Positions 30,054 through 40,133 of a stretch of DNA of 64,000 nt are shown one piece after another. The stretch is from Armatimonadota bacterium. Its GTDB lineage: Bacteria > Armatimonadota > HRBIN16. Numbering within the stretch: the first letter of the stretch is position 1; each line of letters begins with the position of its first letter. Under the pieces are notes generated by a model that had not been told where the DNA came from, did no database searches, and saw nothing but the letters and a program-made list of their open reading frames with translations. Location: the NCBI GenBank assembly GCA_963677485.1, contig OY781964.1, forward strand, positions 1,152,001-1,216,000. Reading direction: 5' to 3'. Both the position numbers and the translations under genes were made by a program.

Positions 30054-30351
30054 TTTATCATGACAATCTACAATGCGTTAGTAATCCCCCACCCTCACCC
30101 GCTTCAGCAGCATATAGACGTTATTAATCTAGCTCCGCCATACAATCGACATGCACGGAGCGAACATTTCTAGTGATAACAGGCCATTCGTGCCTTCCCA
30201 GTAAAAAGAACCACCGTCAGCCACGATATCTGCATTAATCCTCTTGAATATCTAACCGTAATATGCTACGATTACATCGCGAACGAAAAATCGAACACGT
30301 TGAGATACACTTTGTCCTCCGGCATCGACCTACACTAAGGAGGTTTTGACC

Positions 30352-31041
30352 ATGAAACGGCTCATCTTTTTCATTTTCCTGGTGCTGATATTCAATGTGG
30401 CAGCACAAAGCAAGCCACATAGCGCGTTTTACTACAAACAGAAATATGGGCTGGTACTAGAAACAGATGGATGCGGATGCACTCAAAGGATAAACACTCC
30501 GGGGAAGTCGTGGAAGGACGGTTATGACCTTGGGATACTTATTAGACGCTTTGAGGTGATCTGGCTCCCATATAAACACACCAAGATAAAGAGCTGGATG
30601 ATATATGGGGACGGTGGCACAACAATGCGACTCGAGGTTGTCACGCGCGATAAGAGTGGCCGTATAAAAGAGTTATATAGCGCGTCTACTGACTGGATAC
30701 TTATAGATCGATGGAAACAGGGAATATTTACTGTTCAAAGAATTAACAGAGACGATGGTTTCATCGTCTCGGATCAACATGCAGTGTGGAATAAAGATAC
30801 AGGTACATTCGTAGAGGGGCGTGTGCATCAAGCAACCGATGTGCTAAACAAGATGAGTTTGTATGATATATTTAATTCGGTTCGTATTTGCGCCACGCTG
30901 GACAAAGGCAGGTGGGGCTTGATCGATAAATACATGCTGATCCGGTTCAAACCATCAGGATATATCAGCAGCCGTCTTCCACGAAAATACAGAGATGCCC
31001 CATGCGTTCAAGCCAAGTTTGAAGAATGGAAAGGAAAATGA
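30352..31041 (+). CDS. Secreted hypothetical protein, tandem paralog 1
   Basis: Sec signal peptide, AAGGAGG RBS, strong similarity to 31161-31922. Confidence 0.75.
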   Translation: MKRLIFFIFLVLIFNVAAQSKPHSAFYYKQKYGLVLETDGCGCTQRINTPGKSWKDGYDLGILIRRFEVIWLPYKHTKIKSWMIYGDGGTTMRLEVVTRDKSGRIKELYSASTDWILIDRWKQGIFTVQRINRDDGFIVSDQHAVWNKDTGTFVEGRVHQATDVLNKMSLYDIFNSVRICATLDKGRWGLIDKYMLIRFKPSGYISSRLPRKYRDAPCVQAKFEEWKGK

Positions 31042-31160
31042 CACCATAAGCCCGTCTACGTGAGCCGATGTAATCCCAAGCAAGAAGATAAGTCAGAATG
31101 GATGGACTGCCATCAATACGACTGATATGATGTGAACAGATCATAACTCGGAGGCATACC

Positions 31161-31922
31161 GTGAAACGCAAATTCTTCATGCTCATCTGCTTGGCTTTCA
31201 TATGCACCCATGCACAAGCGCAGTATGTGAAAAACAAACAAGGATTGAACCTCTGGATTGATGGCGATTACGTGATCCAAAGGGTGTATACGCCTGGTAC
31301 GCCTTGGAAGGGTGCCTATGAGCTGGGTATGGCGGTACGCCAGTGTGAGGTCATATGGCTTCCTTATCACGGTCGCTCCATTAAGTGTTGGTTGTTCTAC
31401 GATAATTCCGGGAGCCGCAACCAAATGTGCGTGTTAACGACGGATAAGTCGGATCGTGTGAAGTGTATATTAGATACAGCAGCCGATGATATAGATATGT
31501 CACGGTGGCGACAACACCGGTTCGTATTGGGACAGGTTAATCGCGATGACGGCTTCATATTATCGAAACAGCGCATAACTTGGGACCGTACTAAAGGTGT
31601 GTTTACATATGGACCTGTCACAATAGACAAACAAGGCTTGCGCAGCATGAGTCTAGCTGAGATACTGGATTCAGTTCGTATCTGCTTCACATTGAAAAAC
31701 GCGAGGTGGCGCGATAAAGGCAGAGACCATATCATCAGGTTTACCCCATCAGGCTACATCAACAGCCGTCTTCCCAGACAGTACCGCGACAAACCTTGTG
31801 TACAGGCAAAACTGGTGAATTGTAACACCATAAATGGCCCAGCCAATGTTAATGGTAAGCTTTTGCTAACACCGTGCAAGCCCATCGATGTAGACCCAGA
31901 AATGTGGAAATATGGACATTAA
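31161..31922 (+). CDS. Secreted hypothetical protein, tandem paralog 2
   Basis: Signal peptide, GGAGG RBS. Shares 'EVIWLPY', 'NRDDGFI', 'SVRIC', 'PSGYI.SRLPR.YRD.PCVQAK' with paralog 1. Confidence 0.75.
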   Translation: MKRKFFMLICLAFICTHAQAQYVKNKQGLNLWIDGDYVIQRVYTPGTPWKGAYELGMAVRQCEVIWLPYHGRSIKCWLFYDNSGSRNQMCVLTTDKSDRVKCILDTAADDIDMSRWRQHRFVLGQVNRDDGFILSKQRITWDRTKGVFTYGPVTIDKQGLRSMSLAEILDSVRICFTLKNARWRDKGRDHIIRFTPSGYINSRLPRQYRDKPCVQAKLVNCNTINGPANVNGKLLLTPCKPIDVDPEMWKYGH

Positions 31923-32424
31923 GGCGACTAACTCACACCACTAGATACGAAGGGTGGCGGTTATTAGGAGACATCGATGACCGAGGATGCATATAGGATT
32001 AGCTACCCGTAGTTTCCTTGTACAAAATGGCAGTAAACGTGGATCAAGATACATCTTGAATGGAGAGATTATTCAGCGTGACCCCTCACATTTGGTGGAT
32101 AGTCCAGATCAGGCTTATACTTCCGCCGATGGGTCATCAGATTCTTGATACCCTCCCCTCAATAGCCTCTTCGCCGTCGTGGGTACAGTCATCCATCGTT
32201 TGTCGGTTGGCACGAGGGAGTTGGTAATCCACAGCTGGCCAGATGGGACGGTTCGCCTGTCATTGCACCATTGCGCCTTTGCGTTATGCTCCTCCTGTGC
32301 CAAATACTACCCTTATTCCGGCAGACCCGCCAGATATGATAAAATCCATACGTCACACCGCACCTGGGAGCCTGGCGTTTTCCGCTCTCAACCATACCGC
32401 CCCAATGCGGGGCAAAGAAGTTAC

Positions 32425-33687
32425 ATGGCTAGATTAGAACACATCTCACAACTGCTTGATGCCAAGGTGGTCGATGCCGAAGGGCAAGGCCTCGGCCGCG
32501 TCTCTGAAGTCTGCGTCTCCACCGACGAAAAGCTGCCTTGCCTGCTGGCGCTTCAGATCAGCTCGGGTAAGGAGCAGCGCTGGATCGGCATCGAACACGT
32601 CAGCCTCACGCCAAACCTGGTGAAATTACGGGGCAATCTGGCGAAGCTCAAGCAGACGCTGCCCACAGAGAACGACTATTACCTGCGCCGTGACCTGCTT
32701 GATAAGCAGATTGTAGATGTTCACGACCATCGCGTGGTGCGCGTGAACGACGTATGGCTGGCGCCCTTCAACCAGACCTGGGGCATCGTGGGCGTTGAGG
32801 CCGATATGCGCTCTCTGGCCCGGCGGATTGGCAGCGAGAGCTTCGTGAAGTGGCTCGCGCGGGTGTTTCACCTGCGTATCTCCGCGCGTATCATCCCCTG
32901 GAACGATGTGGAGCAGCTCAGCACCACGGGCGGCGGCATCAAACTGAAGGTGCCTTACACCAAGATCGCCCGCCTTCACCCGGCGGACATCGCCGACATC
33001 GTGGAGCAGTTGGACCCCGCGGACCGCACCAAAGTCATCACCAGCCTGGACATTGAGACCGCCGCCGATACCATCAGCGAGGCGGAGCCAGAGGTGCAGG
33101 CCTCCATCATCGAAAACCTGGATGACGAGCACGGGGCAGACATCCTTGAGGAGATGGAGCCCGACGAGGCGGCTGACATCTTGCAGGACCTATCGGACGA
33201 ACGCTCGGAAGCGCTGCTGGAAGAGATGGAGCCTGAAGAGGCGGATGATGTCAAGCAGTTGCTGGAATTCGACGAGGAGACAGCCGGTGGTTTGATGACC
33301 ACCGAGTTTGTGAGCGTGGCCAGCCACTTTACGGCAGAACAGACCATTGAAGAGATCCGCCAGATTCACCCCACCGCTGAAACCATCTACTACATCTATG
33401 TGATTGACGATGACGGCAAGCTGCTGGGAGTGCTCTCCCTGCGTGACCTCATTGTCAGCGCACCATCCACACCCGTCACCGAGTTCCTTGTAAAAGAGGT
33501 GATTAGCGTGGAAGCGGACGAGCACGAGGATGAGGTGGCCAAAATCATGGGCAAGTACAACCTGCTGGCTCTGCCCGTGGTCGACAGCAATAACAAGCTG
33601 ATCGGCATCATCACGGTCGACGATACGGTCGCAAGGCTGCTGCCGCCCGAGCGCAAACGCCGTCAGGAAAAGGACCGAGAAGATTGA
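32425..33687 (+). CDS. Soluble MgtE-like protein (PRC barrel + MgtE_N + CBS pair, no transmembrane domain)
   Basis: 'LLDKQIVDV...VVRVNDV', 'LHPADIADIVEQL', 'EETAGGLMTTEF', 'IGIITVDD'. The protein ends without TM helices. Confidence 0.85.
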   Translation: MARLEHISQLLDAKVVDAEGQGLGRVSEVCVSTDEKLPCLLALQISSGKEQRWIGIEHVSLTPNLVKLRGNLAKLKQTLPTENDYYLRRDLLDKQIVDVHDHRVVRVNDVWLAPFNQTWGIVGVEADMRSLARRIGSESFVKWLARVFHLRISARIIPWNDVEQLSTTGGGIKLKVPYTKIARLHPADIADIVEQLDPADRTKVITSLDIETAADTISEAEPEVQASIIENLDDEHGADILEEMEPDEAADILQDLSDERSEALLEEMEPEEADDVKQLLEFDEETAGGLMTTEFVSVASHFTAEQTIEEIRQIHPTAETIYYIYVIDDDGKLLGVLSLRDLIVSAPSTPVTEFLVKEVISVEADEHEDEVAKIMGKYNLLALPVVDSNNKLIGIITVDDTVARLLPPERKRRQEKDRED

Positions 33688-34553
33688 ACCGTCATCCGCT
33701 GGTGAGGGGTTCCCTGGCCCTTCGCTGGCTGTGTGCTTTGCTGTTGCTGGTGATGCTAGCCGGATGCCGCAGCCAATCTCGCAAGCCGCTGCCCCTCAAC
33801 CAGTTGCAGATCACCTTTATCGATGTCGGTCAAGGTGATTCGGCACTCATCCAGACACCATCGGGCAAGTGCATGCTGGTGGACGCTGGTCCGCCCGATG
33901 GGGCCGGGGCCATCACCGATCTGCTGGACCGCGAGGGCATCAGCCGCATCGATACGCTGGTGCTGACCCATCCCGATGCCGACCATATCGGCGGAGCGGA
34001 GCAGATCATCCAAAGCTACACTGTGGCGGAGGTGCTGACCAACGGCTTACCGTTCGACACCGAGCTGGCCTTCCGGCTGAACGCGTTGATGCGCCAAAAG
34101 GGGATGCCCGTGCGCACCATCACCGAGGGGCAGAGCCTGGACTTGGACAACAATACGCATCTGGAGTTTTGGAATCCGGGCCGTCCGCGGGCGCAGTCAG
34201 ATAACGAGAACTCCATCGTGTTCCGGCTGGTATATGGCCAAAAGAGCTTCGTGTTCACCGGCGATGTGGAGGGGGCCGGCATCACCAACTGCCTTTCTCA
34301 TGCCGTGCCCACCGATGTGCTGAAGATCAGCCACCACGGCTCCGCGAAGGGCACCACCCAGCAGATGCTGGCCTTATTGCAGCCGCAACTCACCGTGATC
34401 AGTGTGGGGGCAGATAACCGGTATGGCCACCCGCATCGCGAAGTGCGCGCCCTGCTGAAGGATGCCGGAAGCAAAAACTACCGTACCGATGAGGACGGCA
34501 ACATCACCCTGCGCACCGATGGCAAACGGCTGTCGGTCAAGACACAGTATTAG
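33684..34553 (+). CDS. ComEC/Rec2-like metallo-beta-lactamase-fold lipoprotein
   Basis: Lipobox 'LAGC', 'DVGQGDS', 'THPDADHIGG', 'HHGS', 'NRYGHPH'. Confidence 0.88.
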   Translation: MNRHPLVRGSLALRWLCALLLLVMLAGCRSQSRKPLPLNQLQITFIDVGQGDSALIQTPSGKCMLVDAGPPDGAGAITDLLDREGISRIDTLVLTHPDADHIGGAEQIIQSYTVAEVLTNGLPFDTELAFRLNALMRQKGMPVRTITEGQSLDLDNNTHLEFWNPGRPRAQSDNENSIVFRLVYGQKSFVFTGDVEGAGITNCLSHAVPTDVLKISHHGSAKGTTQQMLALLQPQLTVISVGADNRYGHPHREVRALLKDAGSKNYRTDEDGNITLRTDGKRLSVKTQY

Positions 34554-34571
34554 AGACATAGAGGTATAGAT

Positions 34572-35402
34572 ATGAACGGCATCACCCCCATTACCATCGG
34601 CGATTTCCAGATAGGTGCTGAAGGCGCACCGCTGACGCTCATCGCCGGCCCGTGCGTGATCGAAAGCGAACTTGGCTGTATGGACACCGCATCTTATATG
34701 GCCGAGATCTGCGTAGACCTGGGCATCAACTACATCTTCAAGGCCAGTTGGGATAAGGCGAACCGCACCAGCATCCACAGCTACCGCGGCCCAGGGCTGG
34801 AACGCGGTCTGGAGATTCTCAACAACGTGAAACAGAGGCTGAAACTGCCGGTGCTGACCGACGTTCATGAAACCGGGCACGTCAAACAGGTGGCTCAGGT
34901 GGTGGATATGCTTCAGATTCCGGCTTTCCTCTGCCGTCAGACCGACCTGCTGATCGCCTGCGCGGAAACCGGCATCCCCGTGAATGTGAAGAAAGGCCAG
35001 TTCCTGGCGGCCTGGGACATGAAGAACGTGGTAGAGAAGCTGCGTGAAGCGGGATGCAGACAAGCGATGCTGACCGAACGCGGCAGCAGCTTTGGATACA
35101 ACACGCTGATTGTGGACTACACCAGCCTGCCCACCATGCGCAGTTACGGGGTGCCGGTCTGCTTTGATGCCACCCACAGCCTGCAGCTTCCCGGCGGTGC
35201 GGGCAGCAGCAGCGGTGGCCGTCGTGAGTTCGTGCCGCAAGTCGTGCGTGCCGCCGCTGCGGTGGGCATGGACGCGCTGTTCATGGAAGTCCACCCCAAC
35301 CCCACCAAGGGCTTGAGCGACGCCAGCACGATGTATCCGCTAGATCAGATGCGCGACCTGCTGACGCAGGTGCTGGCCATCCAGGCGGCGCTGAGCGAGT
35401 AG
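34572..35402 (+). CDS. kdsA: 3-deoxy-D-manno-octulosonate 8-phosphate synthase
   Basis: 'AGPCVIES', '[11 protein letters not shown]', '[12 protein letters not shown]', 'KKGQFLA', 'FDATHS'. Confidence 0.96.
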   Translation: MNGITPITIGDFQIGAEGAPLTLIAGPCVIESELGCMDTASYMAEICVDLGINYIFKASWDKANRTSIHSYRGPGLERGLEILNNVKQRLKLPVLTDVHETGHVKQVAQVVDMLQIPAFLCRQTDLLIACAETGIPVNVKKGQFLAAWDMKNVVEKLREAGCRQAMLTERGSSFGYNTLIVDYTSLPTMRSYGVPVCFDATHSLQLPGGAGSSSGGRREFVPQVVRAAAAVGMDALFMEVHPNPTKGLSDASTMYPLDQMRDLLTQVLAIQAALSE

Positions 35403-35430
35403 TGCTTCGGGTTAATCGATCGCACCCACT

Positions 35431-35760
35431 GCCGCGGGCTGAAAGCCCTACGGCTATTTGAACGAAAAGCCGGCTTCCAGCCGACTTTTCGGATAAGAAG
35501 CCGTGTCCTTCAAGGCAGTCTATTACCCACAAATCCAGATTGGGATCGTATTGACCATGTTCCGCGACATAAATGTCTCGGCTATTGATCAACAAGCCCG
35601 CTAAACCGGGCTGCGGAGCTCTTGCAGACAAAGATAACGTTAATGAAGACTGCTTCAGCAGTCTTGGTGTTCAATAGCCGAGACATTTATGTCGCGGAAT
35701 CGGTGACTTATTGGCCAGGCAATATTTGTGGGTAATAGACTGTCCTTCAGGGCGCGGCGA
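35431..35760. repeat. REP/MITE family A, largest nested copy
   Basis: Outer inverted repeat AGTCTATTACCCACAAAT...ATTTGTGGGTAATAGACT encloses the CCGCGACATAAATGTCTCGGCTATTGA...TCAATAGCCGAGACATTTATGTCGCGG pair. TGTCCTTCA occurs at both ends. Confidence 0.8.
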
Positions 35761-36017
35761 GAGGGCATCGCGGAATAGCCAGGCGGTCAGTAGGTACGCT
35801 TGTCATGACCACTATCTTTCATGGCTGACCGCCAGACCGGCGCGGTCTTGAACCTTCTGCAGTCGCTATCCTGCGCACAGACCACCCCGGACTTAGCCAA
35901 CGCTTGATTACCGAGCAGCACCACACTGCCCACCCCTTCCCACTGGCTCCGCGATGCGATATCATGCTGTTAAGCAGGCAAATATTGCGCGGCAACACAC
36001 ATACAGGAGTACTACCC

Positions 36018-36575
36018 TTGGCAGTTGAAATCATCATGGTGCGTCCGAATCTGGTAAACATCCCCGACTACCCATTGCCCGAAGGTTATACTATGCGTTT
36101 CTTCCAACCTGGCGATGAGCAGCACTGGGCGGATCTGTGGGTAGCGGTGAAGGACTTTGACGCCCTCGAACCGGCATTGAAGGCACACCGCGATGATTTT
36201 GGCGGAGACCCAGAGCAACTGCCTCAGCGTCAGATGTTCCTGTGCAATGGATCAGGCGAAGTGATCGGCACCATATCGGCATGGTATGGCAGCAGCTACG
36301 AACCCAGCCAGTATGGACTGATTCACTGGGTGGCTATCCATCCCGACTACCAGGCCAAGCGCCTGGGTCGGCCCTTGATGTGCGAGGCGATGAAGCTGAT
36401 GAGTCAATGGCACACAAAGGCCTACCTCTGCACGCACACCCATCGCATCCGGGCACTGAGGGTCTACCTCGATATGGGCTTTGTGCCCTTCATCCGACAC
36501 GATCAAGACATCGAATCCTGGAAAGGCGTGGCTAAAGAGCTGAATCATCCGGCCCTTATGCCCTATAAGGTGTAA
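36018..36575 (+). CDS. GNAT-family N-acetyltransferase
   Basis: 'VAIHPDYQAKRLGR' motif A, 'ALRVYLDMGF'. TTG start after AGGAG. Confidence 0.8.
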   Translation: MAVEIIMVRPNLVNIPDYPLPEGYTMRFFQPGDEQHWADLWVAVKDFDALEPALKAHRDDFGGDPEQLPQRQMFLCNGSGEVIGTISAWYGSSYEPSQYGLIHWVAIHPDYQAKRLGRPLMCEAMKLMSQWHTKAYLCTHTHRIRALRVYLDMGFVPFIRHDQDIESWKGVAKELNHPALMPYKV

Positions 36576-36578
36576 CAC

Positions 36579-37088
36579 ATGGCGTTACGAAATTGCAGGG
36601 ATTGCGGCACACAAGTCAGCACGCAGGCGGTCAGTTGCCCATCCTGCGGAGCACCCTACCCATGGCAAAGACATCTGCGCGGCCCCGGCTACGAGTGGCG
36701 AAGCTCCGTTGAGGTGCTGGGGATACCATTGGTCCACATTGCCTGGGGACGGACCCCCGAGGGCCGGATGCGCGTGGCCAAGGGTATCATTGCGATAGGA
36801 CAGTTCGGCATCGGTGTGGTGACCATCGCTCAGTTCGGCATCGGGCTGCTATTCGGTCTGGGGCAGTTCATGGCGGGTACCATCGCTGTGGGGCAGATGG
36901 CCGTGGGCGTCCAGTTTGGCCTGGGCCAGTTAGCCACCGGATACACCGCGATCGGCCAAATGGCGGTTGGTCACTGGGCTTTGGGGCAGATCGCCTTTGG
37001 TGACCATGTCTGGAGCACCGAGATTCACGATCTGGCCGCGCGGGCTTACTTCGCAAAACTACCCGTCATCGGCCCGCTGTTGCGTTAA
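36579..37088 (+). CDS. Zinc-ribbon protein with a Gly-rich 'xxGQxxxG' repeat membrane domain
   Basis: CRDC...CPSC at the N-terminus, 'IPLVHIA', 'AKGIIAIG' and repeated GQ motifs. Confidence 0.65.
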   Translation: MALRNCRDCGTQVSTQAVSCPSCGAPYPWQRHLRGPGYEWRSSVEVLGIPLVHIAWGRTPEGRMRVAKGIIAIGQFGIGVVTIAQFGIGLLFGLGQFMAGTIAVGQMAVGVQFGLGQLATGYTAIGQMAVGHWALGQIAFGDHVWSTEIHDLAARAYFAKLPVIGPLLR

Positions 37089-37370
37089 TTCGTAACGAGT
37101 CCGCCACGATCGCCACGGGTATTAGTCACCCCACGGGACTGGCGTCCCTCAGGGGTTCCCTCACCGCGCGGCTAGCTTTCTGCTGCCCGCAAGCGGGCGC
37201 GGGGACTCCGAGAAGCGTCCGCTTCAGCGGACAGCTAGCTGATCAGCGATGGGTGACGAAGCCTGCTTTAGCAGGTTGATGGAACCCGTCGCGGCGGGTC
37301 GCTAATAGTGTGTTATATATCTATGACCAAACGGCGCACAGCGCCAACCAATCAAGGAGCAGTTTTCCGC

Positions 37371-38612
37371 ATGAAATCACTTCTCACCATGCTTATCGCC
37401 ATCACCGCTGTTTCATTACTCGCAGTGCCCTCAACAGCAGCGAACAATAAGGACATTTATGAATCCCACGGGTTCTGGGCAGAGGGGCCGAACATACCCA
37501 AACTCTCACCCGACGAGTTCGTGCTGATGCCTTGGGGCTGGACACCCGGCAACAAGAAGGCACTGCAGGACATCAAAGACTGCGGCTTCAACGTGGTCGG
37601 ATTCGTCACACCGGAGTATGTGAAGCTGTGCAAAGCGGTAGGCATCCCCTGCATGGTGGATGACCCCAGAATCACCAAAAACATCACCCGCACCGACATC
37701 TCAGATGCTGAGATGCTGAAGCTCGTGAATGAAGCGGTGCGACCATTCAAGGGTAATTCCGCGGTCTACGGCTACCACTTGATCGACGAGCCGTGGACCG
37801 GGCTGTTTCCCGCCCTGCGCCGATGGAAAGACACCATCGCCAAGGTCGATCCGAAGACGGTCTCCTACATCAACCTGCTGCCGGTGGGCAGCAACCTGGA
37901 CGGCATCGGCATGTACGAGGAGTTTGCCAACGTCGTTAAGCCCACCTTCTTGAGCTATGACCACTACACGTTGTTTGATGATGGCAACATGGGCGACAGT
38001 TTTTACACCAACCTGGAGACCATGCGTAAGGTGGCCTTGAAGCACGATCTGCCGTTCTGGAACATCGTGCTGTCAAACAGCCATTTCCACTACGCTGATG
38101 TGACCGTGGGCGGGATGAGCGTGCAGGTCTACTCCTCGCTGGCATACGGCGTGCGGGGTTTGAGCTACTTTACCTATTTCGCGCCGCTGCTGGACAACTA
38201 TCGCAATGCGCCTGTGGACCATTTCCTGAACAAAACGCCCTCCTGGGACATCATCCGCAGTCTGAACCTTCAGATTCACCAACTGGCACCGACCTACCTG
38301 AAGCTGAAGAGCGTAAATGTGTTTCATAACGAGAAAGTGCCCACCGGCTGCAAGGGCCTGGACAGCAGTAAATACCTCGCTGACGTCAGCGGAGGCGACT
38401 TCCTGGTGGGCGAATTCGCCGGTCCCAAGGGGGAGCCATTCGTGATGGTGGTCAACAAGAGCATCACCAAGTCGACCAACGGCCACATCGTGTTCAAGGA
38501 CAAGGGCACCGTGATGCAGACCAACGCCTTCACCGGCGTCACCAAGCCGTTTGGCGGCGAGTGGTGCTGGTTTGGCCCCGGCCAGGGCGTTCTTTTCAGC
38601 CTGGCGAAGTAG
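37371..38612 (+). CDS. Secreted uncharacterised glycoside-hydrolase-like protein (clan A-like TIM barrel)
   Basis: Signal peptide, 'GYHLIDEP', 'YINLLP', 'LSYDHY', 'SLAYGVRGLSYFTY'. Confidence 0.6.
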   Translation: MKSLLTMLIAITAVSLLAVPSTAANNKDIYESHGFWAEGPNIPKLSPDEFVLMPWGWTPGNKKALQDIKDCGFNVVGFVTPEYVKLCKAVGIPCMVDDPRITKNITRTDISDAEMLKLVNEAVRPFKGNSAVYGYHLIDEPWTGLFPALRRWKDTIAKVDPKTVSYINLLPVGSNLDGIGMYEEFANVVKPTFLSYDHYTLFDDGNMGDSFYTNLETMRKVALKHDLPFWNIVLSNSHFHYADVTVGGMSVQVYSSLAYGVRGLSYFTYFAPLLDNYRNAPVDHFLNKTPSWDIIRSLNLQIHQLAPTYLKLKSVNVFHNEKVPTGCKGLDSSKYLADVSGGDFLVGEFAGPKGEPFVMVVNKSITKSTNGHIVFKDKGTVMQTNAFTGVTKPFGGEWCWFGPGQGVLFSLAK

Positions 38613-38879
38613 GGTTATTGTCTGAACCACGGATTGCGCGGATGGCACAGATAGGTTCGGATGGAGAGGGAGGCCAATCTGGAGATTGGCGTTCCCAGGT
38701 GAATGCCGACCCTGCGCCATTGCATCCTTGCGCCTTTGCGTTGGAAGCCATCCGTGTCATCGAATCCATCCGTGTTATACGTGGTTCAGACAATCCCCGG
38801 TGTAGTAAGTATAATATGAGAACAACCCTAACCGGGATCATGACTATGTGATGCCCGAGCTTCAATACAGAGGTGAGCC

Positions 38880-40133
38880 ATGAACCGGTGTTTCTCGCAT
38901 GTAGTATCGGTAGCTCTGCTGTGTGTGGGCACGTGTATCGCAAACAGTGCTGAGCTGCCAGCCCCTCCACCGAAGGCTGGCCCCGCTTATGGCCGGAATG
39001 TGGATCACTCCGCGGACTGGCAGCAGGTGGGCGGCGACTTGATCAAGAACTTCAACAATATGTATCACCTGTGCATCTTGAAGGAGCCGGGTCAGGCATA
39101 CCCATATAAGGGCTGGTTCTTTGGATGGGCGTCCACACCCGCCAACACCAACTACGGTTATAAGTTCGGTTGCGACATGGCCTTCGCGGCGCGTGCGAAA
39201 CAACTCGCTGGACCCTGGGAGATATACGCCGGCGATGGCAAATGGGACACCACCATGAACCCCAAGACGTGGATACCGGTGCTGGTGGCTCAGGGCAAAT
39301 TCTACAATAGCTGGCACAACGGCGACTCCTCGGTGGTCAAAGTTGGCGCGAAATACTACATGGCATACAGCTCCACCGGCTTCAACAAGGATATGATCCC
39401 CTTTGGTCAGCCGGGCGACACCGATAGCGACATCAACTGCATCATGGGCGCGGTGTCAGATGATGGCATCAAATGGTCACCGACCTCCTACCCCATTTTG
39501 ATTGATCCGCGGAACATCGGCCAGAAACCGATCAGACCCGGCGAATACATGCACCCATACGGCATCTACCACCGCCCCTCGCTGATGCGCGAAGGTAAGG
39601 TCTGGAGGCTGTGGTTTGACTGCTGGACTGGCAAAGATATGCCCATGGGGTATGCCGAAAATCACGGAAACTTCATGAACCCGTCTGACTGGAAAATCCT
39701 CCGCGGCATCGACAACCCCGTGCTGGAAAACTACCCCAATCCAGACGTTGTTAAGATCAAGGACGTCTACTTCGCCTATTCCGATCCCGGCGGATACACC
39801 CCGCTGATGCCCAGCTACCCGTCACTGCAGGCGAAATTCTTGAAAGACTGGGCTTCGCGGAAGATATGCGAGTCGGTGTCGCTGAACGGCATAGACTGGG
39901 CACCACTGGGCTTCATCGAGCGTGATTCGGATGGCCAGGCCAACCAGGTGCCGGTGGCCTATGTGGAAAAAGAGGGTGAATCCAGTTGGATATACGTCAA
40001 CTACGGTTTGCAGATGTTCGGTGACTATCGACAAGACCGCATCCGTATGAAACGCCGGCTGGTCACCGACAAGCAGTTGGCGGATTACCGCCGGCTATGG
40101 CGCAGCAAATACCCCGAGGCCAAACCGAGGTAA
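38880..40133 (+). CDS. Secreted five-bladed beta-propeller glycosidase-like protein (GH43/32/130 superfamily)
   Basis: Signal peptide, 'GDSSVVKVGAKYYMAYS', 'AVSDDGIKW', 'SLNGIDW' repeats. Confidence 0.6.
   Translation: MNRCFSHVVSVALLCVGTCIANSAELPAPPPKAGPAYGRNVDHSADWQQVGGDLIKNFNNMYHLCILKEPGQAYPYKGWFFGWASTPANTNYGYKFGCDMAFAARAKQLAGPWEIYAGDGKWDTTMNPKTWIPVLVAQGKFYNSWHNGDSSVVKVGAKYYMAYSSTGFNKDMIPFGQPGDTDSDINCIMGAVSDDGIKWSPTSYPILIDPRNIGQKPIRPGEYMHPYGIYHRPSLMREGKVWRLWFDCWTGKDMPMGYAENHGNFMNPSDWKILRGIDNPVLENYPNPDVVKIKDVYFAYSDPGGYTPLMPSYPSLQAKFLKDWASRKICESVSLNGIDWAPLGFIERDSDGQANQVPVAYVEKEGESSWIYVNYGLQMFGDYRQDRIRMKRRLVTDKQLADYRRLWRSKYPEAKPR

Noticed and set aside
31039-31041. In-frame TGA as selenocysteine
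   Set aside because: No aligned Cys in a redox motif and no evident SECIS hairpin. An ordinary or premature stop is more parsimonious.
32179-32424. Long N-terminal extension of the MgtE-like ORF, or an M-box riboswitch
   Set aside because: The extension is not protein-like and no M-box consensus is recognisable.
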